A stretch of 56,666 bases of DNA, counting the filler, from Sphacelaria rigidula (Eukaryota), in assembly GCA_964200075.2 (NCBI GenBank). It is 5 parts of 5 records of this genome, joined end to end, with 100 filler letters (N's around TTAATTAATTAA, not from the genome) between each part and the next. Parts side by side here need not be neighbours in the genome. Positions count along the whole stretch, not along the records: positions 45,415 to 56,666 come from CAXNAA020005164.1; 4 more parts are not named here. One strand, 5' to 3'. The first letter of the stretch is position 1. The number at the start of each line of letters is the position of its first letter. A program made the translations under genes and the position numbers. Below the pieces are notes generated by a model. It was not told the origin of the DNA. It did not search any database and was given only the letters and a program-made list of their open reading frames with translations. This document shows, one piece after another, positions 47,020 through 56,666 of the stretch.

Positions 47020-48035
47020 ACATCCGTTTCCGTTTCCCTGTAGTTTTGGATTTCGAGTCTGGATGTGAGCATTCAGCCAACCCTTTGTCATAGTCCGGTG
47101 CCGGCGCTGTTTCTCGCGGTTGATATTTCTTCAAATGAGCGAGATGTACTGACGTTTTCCTAGAGTCGTCGCCTATTTTGATTATGTACACAACCGGCGA
47201 TCGTCTCTCGGTTACCATGAAAGGTCCTCTCCATGTAGATTGGAGTTTTAGGCTCGGCCTTCCTGAGTCCTGTTATGGTGGGTACAAGAGTACCTTTTGG
47301 TCGGGTTTGAACACCGTGAAAGATTTAAATTTGTTCTTGTTGTCTTGCTCATTCGCTCTACTCGTAGGGCTTGTCTCGCGATTTCAAATCCAAAATGTAG
47401 GTCTTCCCGTATTTCTTCGGAAAATTCTTCGGGTGTTGCCGCTTGGCTCTCTTCGGGACAATAAAAAATATGGTATCTCCTGTACTGTACGGTGGTAGGA
47501 TGTGTTGTACACCATTTGGATGAACGAAGGTATGGGTGCCCAATTTTTGTTTCCAATTGACCTAAGCCTAGCTAACATCGCGTGCATAGTGGAGTGGATC
47601 TGTTCCGACACTGGGTTACTGTGCGGGTGTAAAAGGCGGTGCAAGGTTTATTAAAACCTAGCCTCTGTTGCCCTGCATATGTTAGCTTGTTTCCGATTTC
47701 GGTTCTTTAATTCGAACGCAGCTTTCCCGGAATGCCAAATGTAGTAAAGACTTTGTCAATTATCGTTTTGGCTATATTGATGTGGTCTGTTTTTTCGGCA
47801 CCGGAATGAGCAAAGCATACCTTGTGAGGTGGTCCAATACGGACAAGACATATTCAGTATTCCAGCTTTTGACATCGAAGTTGTTTTTCATTCGACTGGG
47901 TTTGCCGGCGCTCTTTCGTATAGCCGTCCTACCGTAACGTGTCCCATCGGCAATTTTTGGCCGGTTGTGAACCGTTTTCCCGGCGTTGGCAGGCCTTACA
48001 TAGCGTGCGCATTCCCTTCTTCGCTCTTTTTGCAT
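47020..48035 (-). pseudogene. Gypsy integrase remnant
   Basis: YVLSVLDHLTRYALLIPVP; HPHSNPVSEQIHSTMHAML..NWA..IQMVYNTSYHRTVQEIPYFLL; WRGPFMVTERRSPVVY..VHLAHLKKY (GPY/F motif). Many frameshifts. Confidence 0.88.
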
Positions 48036-49454
48036 TTTTTTTCGCGGTTGACTGACAGCTCTCGGTCACTTCGCACTAGCTTCAAACGGTCGAGCTTCTC
48101 AGCTGATATTTGACGGTGCTATGTGGTTCGGCTATTTGCAACACATGGTCTTTCGGCACGTTACAACATAGTTGTAGTAGCGCAAACTGTCGTGAGAGGA
48201 TGTGCGGAATAACATGAAATTTCTCCGGTTTTTGTCCCTCATCATTATCATGAAGGTTTACCGGGGTTTACATGTCGGCCCAACGGGTTGGCGGTTTGTA
48301 CCATTTCCGTTTTATTCGTCGACTACATGCATGCTGTTCTTGAAGCGATGATGCGCGTGAATGCTTGAGGTACATAAGGCGATCAAGTGTCTTCATCGAT
48401 TATTATGTGCGGCTCCACGACAGCTGTTGTGAGGTGACTTTTACCACTCGGTAGTTGACAAATATTTTCTCCGTTCCAACTAGTACTGCCTTTTTATGCT
48501 GGAACCCTCGGATTTTTTTATGGGGGAACCATCCGCGCTTCTAAAATCAATGGGACCTGGCGGTACTGGTCTTGTATCATCAGCAGCCATGGTTGCCTGT
48601 TGTTCATCTACAAACTTTTGCTGATACACGGTACATCTGCTGCGGAATCGATTGTGATTTTTTTCCAGCGAGGGTACCATTTACTCTGACTGCGACTCTA
48701 ACGCGGGCTGGTGCACGGGATAGCCCTAGGGGTGCATCTGTATACCTGGCGGGTGATGATGCGTTGTTACGAGTCATAACAGTGATCGTCTAAGATCGGG
48801 TTGCAAAGGGGAGACTGGTGTTTCGATTTGGAATCAACAGCCCCTGCTTACAACGGGATGTAACGTTGCCGATCCCGTGGGGTACGGCGCAGAATGTAAC
48901 ATACTTGAGAGCTTCAACAAGTTGAGCTACATTGTTTTATGATGGTCCTTCGTGTGGTGTATTGTTTTCCCCACAGCTGCTCTGAAGGCTGCTTAGGGAC
49001 CAACTGTCATCGTGCTCTTTCCAGCTTCTGCTCTTCGTATGTATTTTCACACCACATCTGGGGGCTGTTTTGGTGCCCTTCTGGAGGAGTGAGTGATTGT
49101 ACTAACCGAGATGCCCGCATTCCTCCGATATGTTTTCTTCACCAGACGGTTGAGACTTCCTATATTTCACGCGTGGAGAGGTGTGGGACCTTGAACGGTC
49201 TGTACTTTTCACTTCTCTCTCAGCCTGTGGGCTGGGATGCTGTAAGATCATCCGATACACCTCTCTTTTTTGCCCTCTACATGGTAGAGAGTGACAAGGT
49301 CGTGCTTCCGCAGGTTGGGTAACTTATTTGTTAGTGCAATTTCGAATCACCGCGTTTCCCGACGTCGGCCTGCTTGATTAATTGCCGTGCCTTTCGCGCG
49401 ATGGTGGTGCAAGGTTGGTCAATAGGTGTGGTTTCGCTATTCAAAATTAGCAAT

Positions 49455-49636
49455 TTGATGACATATAATGCACTCTGACGAGACTAATTTCGCGTTTTCG
49501 CTGTTTGACTAGCCATATACGTGACATATACTGCACTCTGAGGAGTCTAACTTCGCGGTTCGCTCTTTGACAAGTCATGCGGGTGACATATAAATGCACC
49601 TTGATGCGGCTAATTCCGCGTTGACTAGAACGCATG
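49455..49636. repeat. Three ~63-bp tandem repeats in the 5' internal region of the LTR element
   Basis: TGACATATA.TGCAC at ~49458, ~49522 and ~49584. Confidence 0.8.
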
Positions 49637-50699
49637 ACTCCAATAACCTCTCAACTCGAATAATTAAGCACATGACCCATACGTTTCATCTGGAGTAGCG
49701 TTCCTTCGGGGGCCCTAGTATTTCCGGTGTCGGGGAGCAGTGGGTTCTCGTTCCAATCTTTTACTTCTAAGGCCTGTCTTGTTTGCGTTCTGTTTCTGGT
49801 GTCGCCAGTGTGAGGAAGGCGTATCGCTAGAGTAGTCAGAGACCTACGGGCAGAGACTGCCGTCCTGATGCCGAAGGAACTCTGAGGCTGGCGATGATTT
49901 CCTCTTGTTTATGTAGGCAAGAAGTGGGGTCAGACTAGGAGAGCGGTCGCCGTGGGCGACCAGTTCCTCGAGGGATGTTGGACCGTCCTAATATTAGGCT
50001 CTTCCTGGCATCACCCCGAGTTGACTAGTTACGTCGGCATTACAGGGTCCTTGGTGATCTGGTCCTTCCGGAATGTTCCTATCTTGTCCCTGCTTGCGCT
50101 GGATCTGCATACATGTGTGGCATCAGTCTCTGATATGTCACTGCAAAGAGATATCCTCCACACACGTGCACGAACGGCTACCGCACGCGACATCATCTGG
50201 CAGCACCACAAACTTCCACTTCGGTCGTACTATATCAGTGTTTTCTTTCTCGGGTGGGGCTGGAAAAATGCAGTACCCTACAAGCGCGGATAGTAGCATC
50301 CAAAGCACGTAGTACGTAGAGTTGTAACAGAGAAGGCCCGGTGCAAAGTTCGGCCCCCTTTATAAAAAAAACGCAACTCTCATGTGCAGAGAAAAAGCGA
50401 AGCACTGAAAAATCATATCCACGAGCTTCTCAAGTGAGAAATAACATGCCAGCAATGTTCCACGCATCCCAACAGCCAGCCAAAGTCACTCTTTTGTCCA
50501 GAGAAGTGAATGATCGGAGCGTAGCGGGATCTGCGGTTTGTTGAACGGATACGAATGTGAACAATCTAGGCTAATGTGAGGGCGAGTGTGGAAGGGTCGA
50601 TCTAACAAATAGGTCACAGAGGTTGAGATTTAAGCTTAGGACGACGGGGGAAAACGGACCGGCAGTTTGACTTGAATTTTTTCCTTCCTTTTTGCGAGG

Positions 50700-50951
50700 A
50701 TGGCCGACAACAACATCACAAACAACGGGGGAGGGGTCAACCCTGTGCTACAATTGGGAGGGATACAACCCATGATTTTGGCAGCACATCAACAAAATCA
50801 CATGCCTCCGGAGGGACCTCAACAGGCAGGGGTAATGGCACAAGCGGCGGCCGACCAAGAAGCAGGGGACGTGGCACCTGCGGAGTACGACGTAGCGGAA
50901 GACGCAGCGGGAAATGCCGCCAGTAACCCGGCAGCGGCAGCAGAACCTAAG

Positions 50952-50998
<47 letters not shown>

Positions 50999-51416
50999 CG
51001 ACAACGACAACACACTGCAAATGATCTTGCAGGGAATTCAACTGATCGTGGCCATCGTTCAATCAAATGCTCAGCGACTTTCAAACGCCGAACATCACTG
51101 CTTTCAAGATCAAGCCGCGGCTAATCAACTACAACAGGCGATTGTCACGCTACAACAAAAGCAAGAACAACAGCAGCAGCAACAGCAACAGCAGCAACTA
51201 CACCACCAACAGCTACAGCAACTCGGACTCATAGTAGCGGCAGGGCAGGGGGCTGGAGCGGGAGCTGCGGATAACACAGCACCGCAGCATGGTATAGGTG
51301 GCGTGGGACCACAGCCACCAGGAATTGCAAACCTCGCCTTAGCGGCGGGCGCACGTCACAAGTCTGTCCGTGAAAAACAAGTGGAAATGTTTTGGACAAT
51401 TACAGGCTACGGGCGG
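50700..51416 (+). mobile_element. Low-complexity (N/Q/A-rich) ORF, probably a retrotransposon gag-like N-terminus, interrupted by an insertion
   Basis: Open from ATG 50700 with a Q-rich coiled-coil-like part. Its 3' end recurs inverted at 51833-51965. The hydrophobic continuation comes from an inserted T-rich repeat. Confidence 0.4.
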
Positions 51417-51667
51417 ATTTGCTTTGTACTTTCCTCTTGTTTTCCTTTTTCTTGTTCTAGGTCGGCCATTTCCTTCTGTGCTTTGCTTGTATTGACTTTT
51501 TATTACTTTTTTAGTCACGAATTATTCTGCTACGCCGTTCTGTTCGACCTCTATTTTTTTTCATTAGGAGCTTGTTTCAGGTTCGTTTTTCTTGGGTACG
51601 TCTATTATGAGACAACGGCTGGACCCCTGGGTAGTCAGTTAAAGTGTGACAATCAATCAAAGTTAAT
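51417..51667 (+). mobile_element. 3' end of a (CAAT)n-tailed non-LTR element
   Basis: T-rich UTR ending GTGACAATCAATCAA, homologous to 19760-19990(-). Interrupts one arm of a palindrome. Confidence 0.6.
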
Positions 51668-52035
51668 CAGGCGGTCGTTCGCTCTGCGCCGAACACCGCC
51701 AATATTCGTGGAGAGGCACCACTCTGGCTTTGATGAGGACGATGTGGACTCACATCGATCCCACGTCCTCATTGAAGTCAGAGCGGTGCTTCTCCTCCAC
51801 GAATATTGGCGGTGTTGAGCGCAGAGCGAACGCCTGCCTGTAGCCTGTAATTGTTCAGAATTTTTCCGCTTGTTTTTCACGGACAGACATTTGATGTGCA
51901 CCCGCCGCTCAGGCGAGGTTTGCAATTCCCAGTGGCTGTGGTCCCCCGCCACCTATGCCATGCTGACGGGGCCGCGTCATGGCGGTAGAATGGGGAGTGG
52001 GCGGCCAAGAGTTATGATTAAGGCCTATGCATCTA

Positions 52036-52771
52036 ATTCCTCTCGGCGGATTTATAAGCAAGGTTCGGAAAAACGCAATATAAGCACGGTCGGTATGAAA
52101 TGGCCCAAAATGGATCGTCTGGGCACTGTGGACCATCGGACAACGTTTGTATATGATCAGGTACCTCATTGGAAAAAAGGAAATCGATGAGGTTTGGGGG
52201 GGGAGGGTTGTGCGTAAAAATCCCCTGGTCAGTCATTTCGGTGGAGATCCAGCTTTTTTGTACCCAGCGACGGATGAACAAGCCCCGTCACAGGTTTCAC
52301 AACCCGGAATACCTCGTATGAATGGGGCACGACATTTGATGCAAAAAAATGAAGAGTCCCCTCTCGAAAAGGGGGGAATATTTCAGTATCATCCCCCGTT
52401 TGGGGTACCGTAGACCACGCTTCAGAACCCCATCGACACTACGCGTCAATAGGTAACGAATGACTTCTTCTCTTTCTGGATCATCCAAATTCTTGCGTTT
52501 TTGTCCCTGAGAGGCGTTCTCAGCAGCAGACATGTCTCACCAGTAGATGGGAAGGCTTTTGGGCGGTGGTCCAAAGTTGGGGTGGTGATTCCGAGCAACT
52601 TCTGCTGGGGTGTGATGAACGTTTTCGGTGCGACCTCTAAAAGACAGCGGTTCTGTGCGCTCCGCAGCGGCGGTCCAAACACAACAAAAAACGGTTCGGA
52701 AAAAGAGCTTCATATGCCCGAGTTAGACCGCTTTTGGTCCGAACCTTGCTTATAAATCCGGCCAGAGGGAG
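52036..52771 (-). mobile_element. Mariner (plant/DD39D-like) internal deletion derivative, 736 bp
   Basis: TA on both sides and TIR CTCCCTCTGGCCGGATTTATAAGCAAGGTTCGGA. Retains the transposase N-terminus MSAAENASQGQKRKNLDDPEREEVIRYLLTRSVDGVLKRG from ATG 52533. Confidence 0.85.
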
Positions 52772-52799
52772 TAATATTCTTTCCTGTGCAGAGCATCAC

Positions 52800-52988
52800 A
52801 GTTATTCGCGTACAGCAACGGAAACAATCCACAAATATTTCGGTTTAGCGAGAGGTGACATCGCATTCAAGCGAAACGACATCCAATGCGAGCACATAAG
52901 TGACTGGCACCACGCGCATTGCGTAGAAATCCGTTTTAGGGCAAGCAAAAGTGATCAGGGTCGGAAAGGGGCGGTGCTGCTCAGATGA
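52800..52988 (+). mobile_element. Tyrosine recombinase fragment of a DIRS/Ngaro-type retrotransposon
   Basis: LARGDIAFKRND...WHHAHCVEIRFRASKSDQGRKGAVLLR matches the L.R.D..F...V.IRF..SK.DQ...G motif of retrotransposon recombinases. Confidence 0.7.
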
Positions 52989-53953
52989 CGCGCTAATAAA
53001 CCGGGATATACGCAGCCACAGGCGGTGGGTAATTTATGGGGAGCAGGTCGCGGTCGGGGAGGCTTTGAGACAGTCCGGGAATTGATACTGATGCGCCCAA
53101 CCCGAGGCGCCGAAGTACCTCTGGCGGCGTATCCATCAGTAACAACGTGGACAGTATGGACGCGCAGTCAGTACACTTCCCCTTTGAGAGTATGAGTTCA
53201 ACGTCAGGGTTTTCAACCTCTAGAGTACGCTTACATTCCGGGCGAATTGAAGGAGCTACCAGACTGGCGGAAGTTTGCAACCGGCAGTGATTCAGAGATA
53301 AGGGCGCTGGCGTAGTGGGGCATTTATTGCATACGTTCGAGCCAACTTGAAATACTCGGGAGCAGTATCGAAAGCGTTGGTAGAAGATATGTTAGCCGGA
53401 GGTATCCAGCCTGGTCAAGGTACAGCATGGGGTGACGGCAGCGATGGAGCACTAATGTGGGGTGGCGAGAACAGTAGTATTCGAAAGGGTGGTACGTTCA
53501 TTACCATGACATGAAAAAACTTGAAAAACACGGTTTTAAGTTTGGGTTCAAGATGTGTATGTCTACTTCACTTCGTGTATGCACAACCGGGGTAAATTAT
53601 ACATTTATACCGTAATCGGACCGGAAGGTAGAGGCTTCGGGTTTTGCGTATAGCACGAGTTTCAGAGGAAATTAGCTTGAATTATTTCTTTGCTTTTCTC
53701 ACTCGCCCATCCTGGGTATCCAGAGAAATGCAAACTCTCACGTGCAGCGAAAAAGCGAAGCACTAAAAGAACATACCCGTGAGCTTCCCAAGTGACACAT
53801 AACATGCCAAGGACATCCAACGCATTCCAATTTTTCGGGAAGCGCCTTCCGCTGTCATGCTGTTGTGGCACGAGAGCTACTTCGCACTCCGGCACCTCGG
53901 GAATATCATACATAGATGTCCTACGCTGACGGTGCTGCTCTCGGCCCAGGTTA

Positions 53954-53971
53954 CCCTAACCCTAACCCTAA
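53954..53971 (-). repeat. Interstitial telomeric repeat (CCCTAA)3
   Basis: Direct reading. Confidence 0.85.
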
Positions 53972-56394
53972 GAGGATTGCCTTTTAGACCGTGTCCCACA
54001 CGTTCATAACGTTGTGTATTCGGAATCTATCGTTGCTGCCACAGGGTAACCTCCTCCAGTCTTAGATATTGCATTATCTCGTCGCGGTCATGGTAACAAC
54101 TAGACTGCGTCAGGCGACAAGAATGGTGGTGATAGTAGAGATAGCGGTGAGACAGCCTCCAACAGCGGTGACGGTGACAGCGGCCGTGGAGGCCACGGTA
54201 ACGACAGCCATGATTACAATGACCGACATCACCCGCCAGGAACTTGGGAATTGGTCAATATGAATTGGAGACGGAGCTTGCTTGCTAAAATGTAATTGTC
54301 CGACGAGTTTTCAACGACCCAAGTGCGCACATACTAGGGCCGTTATTATCGACAAATATAAATAATGGGAGAAGGTCTGAAATTTCGACAATCGTATGAG
54401 GCTCATTATTATCTAGATCTACTGTTGCTGTCAGATATCTCATTACAGATGGTGCTGATCTNNNNNNNNNNCGTCGTTTGCTTGCCTTCGCCAGCATATT
54501 AAAGGACAGGGTTATGCTACCTGTCCGTGTATGGCGTTGATAACTGTGGTAAATATCTTTCTCACAACCTCTCTGTGACACCGGGGGGCAGTCGGACAGG
54601 CTAGGACGTGATCGACCGGCTCTCTCGGGATGCTGCAGCAGCACACATGAGTACTGTAAAAATACCGGCTGTAGAAAGCCCCGTACATAGATTGCAGCAT
54701 GCTTGCTTTCTGTGAGTTGTATGCGCTGATACTCCCAATTAAACCATCAGCTATACACTTTTCAGACGGTGCGGTAGCGTACACTCGTAGCAGCACTGCA
54801 GGCAAGCAGGTAGCTACTGGATTGTTTCTGCTCTTCACTTCGAAAGTGCGTATGTGTGCAAACGACGATCACCGTGCTTGATATCAACAGCTCCAACACC
54901 GCTGCCGAAGCACACACCGTCTAAGGAGATAGATACCGCCAACCCGCGGTGCTTTTTACTCTACGACATAGCCCAGGGTGTCACTAGCAAGGTTCCTGAT
55001 GATTCTCGCATGCTTGCGAGCGCCACGGTGTGCGCCAAGGGCAGCTCTGTGGAGTATTGCGCTGCGGTCCGAAATATTCGGCGTTCGCCAAACGTGAAGG
55101 CTTGGCGAAAAAATCTAGCAGCTTAATTTTCGGAGAACGCCAAGCACCAGGTGCAAAAACGCCTAAAATCTTGGCGATTTTCGAAAAACTGTGTCGATAA
55201 TAACGGCCCTTAGTAGAGGAAACACAAACTCGGCATCCCGGTATCCTGGTATGATATTGGGCTCTTCCTTTCCCGGAACAGATGTAAGGATATCTCCTGA
55301 AACAGCTTGAGTTATCTCAAACTGGGTTCCTGCAATATTTTCACGTGAAAAATGTATGTGTGCCACACCGTCCCGTCGCACAAGCTCTGCACCCATGACA
55401 CGCACATCCCTGCTGCATTGCATCGCCCCCACGGTCTGTTTATCATTAATTTTCACGTAAAACGTGTGTCAGCGCAACACGGATGACCCTGCGGGTGACT
55501 GTATTTGGTCGAGACAAATTCGATCTAAAACAACCAGTACAGCAGGACTATTCTGTACAGTATAGTACGGCGTTGTCATCTACTCCCCCCTCGTTGCGTT
55601 CGTTCCGTATGTCGATGGGTATCTTCAAGGATCAGATTACAGCAAACCCTTCGGCAGCGTCACCTCTTTCCGTCTTCGGTTGCAAAACTGAATCCTTCGA
55701 CTGCCTCGATGGGAATTCATTCTTGAACTAGATATTATCTCCAAAGAACATAAATGACCAATCGCGAAAATTCTAATAGCACCCAGGTGGGGGGAAATAA
55801 GGGCACACCCAATACCTTTCAGTCGCATACAGCAGTATAGTTGTCGTACCGTGTATTCGAGTGCTTCGTGGGATAGGGAACACAGGCAGTGGTCGCTACA
55901 AAAATAGTACAGTACAGCACACAGACTGTCTCAGACAGTACAGACGGTGTACGTATACTTTTGTATTAATACTGTACAGGTACAGGCGGGCCCATTTTCA
56001 ACATAGTACGCGGCATGGTCATGTGTAGTTCAGTACAACAATGAGTGCTTCGTTGTGTACACTATCGTCTTTACTGCGGTTGAAGTACAAGCGGGAATAT
56101 TCACAAGCACACAGCACAGACGATCATATGCAGCTCCCTGCGAAGCCGGGGTGCTCCGTGCGGTAGCGTAGCCACGGTCGCATGCGGCGTCGTGCGTTCC
56201 CACTGCTTACCCTGCCCGCCGAGCATCAGCTCGGCGCAGGCGGCTGTGTTTATCTGCACGGTGCTTTTAGCGTGCGTAGAATGCGTTGGTGTCTAACTCG
56301 GCGCCTGGGGCGCCGATTTGAGGTCTGGCAACGCACATTTTGCCTAGGGAACACTTTGTACCCCCCTTGCCAGAGGGTTCCGTGTACGCCTTTG

Positions 56395-56418
56395 TTGGGG
56401 TTAGGGTTAGGGTTAGGG
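56395..56418 (+). repeat. Interstitial telomeric repeat TTGGGG(TTAGGG)3
   Basis: Direct reading. Confidence 0.85.
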
Positions 56419-56600
56419 TAAGTGTTACGATTTGTTCACTTCGCTGCTGCAACGTCGCGGCGAGTATTGGGTTGATCCTTATTTCCCCCCACCTGAGTGC
56501 CATCAAAATTTTCGCCTTAGACGAGCGTCACCTCGTGAGCAATCTACCTCTCAAGGTAACGTTTCATCGCCAGCGTGGGCAATCGGCATCTTGTGTGTTC

Positions 56601-56603
<3 letters not shown>

Positions 56604-56666
<63 letters not shown>
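56604..56666. repeat. (ATT)n microsatellite
   Basis: About 21 units running to the window end. Confidence 0.95.

Larger units (their letters stand above)
45415..50162 (-). mobile_element. Ty3/Gypsy LTR retrotransposon with decayed interior (non-autonomous)
   Basis: 5' LTR 49809-50162 (TG...CA on minus), PBS TGGCGACACCAG at 49807-49796, and PPT AAG(n)A at 45500-45486. The 3' LTR start 45415-45485 is identical to 50092-50162. Confidence 0.9.

Noticed and set aside
50700-51818. 372-aa ORF as an intact membrane protein
   Set aside because: The hydrophobic part is an inserted T-rich repeat tail, and the end runs into a palindrome arm.

Overview
Eukaryotic, intron-rich and repeat-rich DNA, most consistent with a brown alga (Phaeophyceae). 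This is inferred from TTAGGG repeats, short exons in long introns, a LINE 3' end reading ILGDRWWPQ...GCVVNGQMTKASNK that I recognise from brown algal genomes, and a Pmp-like adhesin gene. The window is five contigs joined by N-gaps carrying an artificial TTAATTAATTAA linker, so adjacency across gaps is unreliable. Host genes found by splicing exons by eye are: four exons of VPS60/CHMP5 (minus, first exon not seen); five 3' exons of a Pmp/adhesin-like beta-helix gene with one repeat per exon (plus); a probable first exon of DNA polymerase alpha subunit B (minus); and a two-exon ADH class III pseudogene. Almost all ORFs in the supplied track are spurious. The dominant structure is an 11.3-kb satellite (34062-45314) built from alternating 163/164-bp monomers (327-bp dimer), with a 981-bp higher-order repeat and a third 153-157-bp monomer. 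The rest is nested transposons: hAT elements with 8-bp TSDs, a Harbinger foldback MITE, a mariner deletion derivative, a Gypsy element with matching LTRs but a decayed interior, tRNA-derived SINEs, C-tract-associated LINE tails and a DIRS/Ngaro-type recombinase fragment. A 2.5-kb segment is bounded by inverted telomeric repeats.
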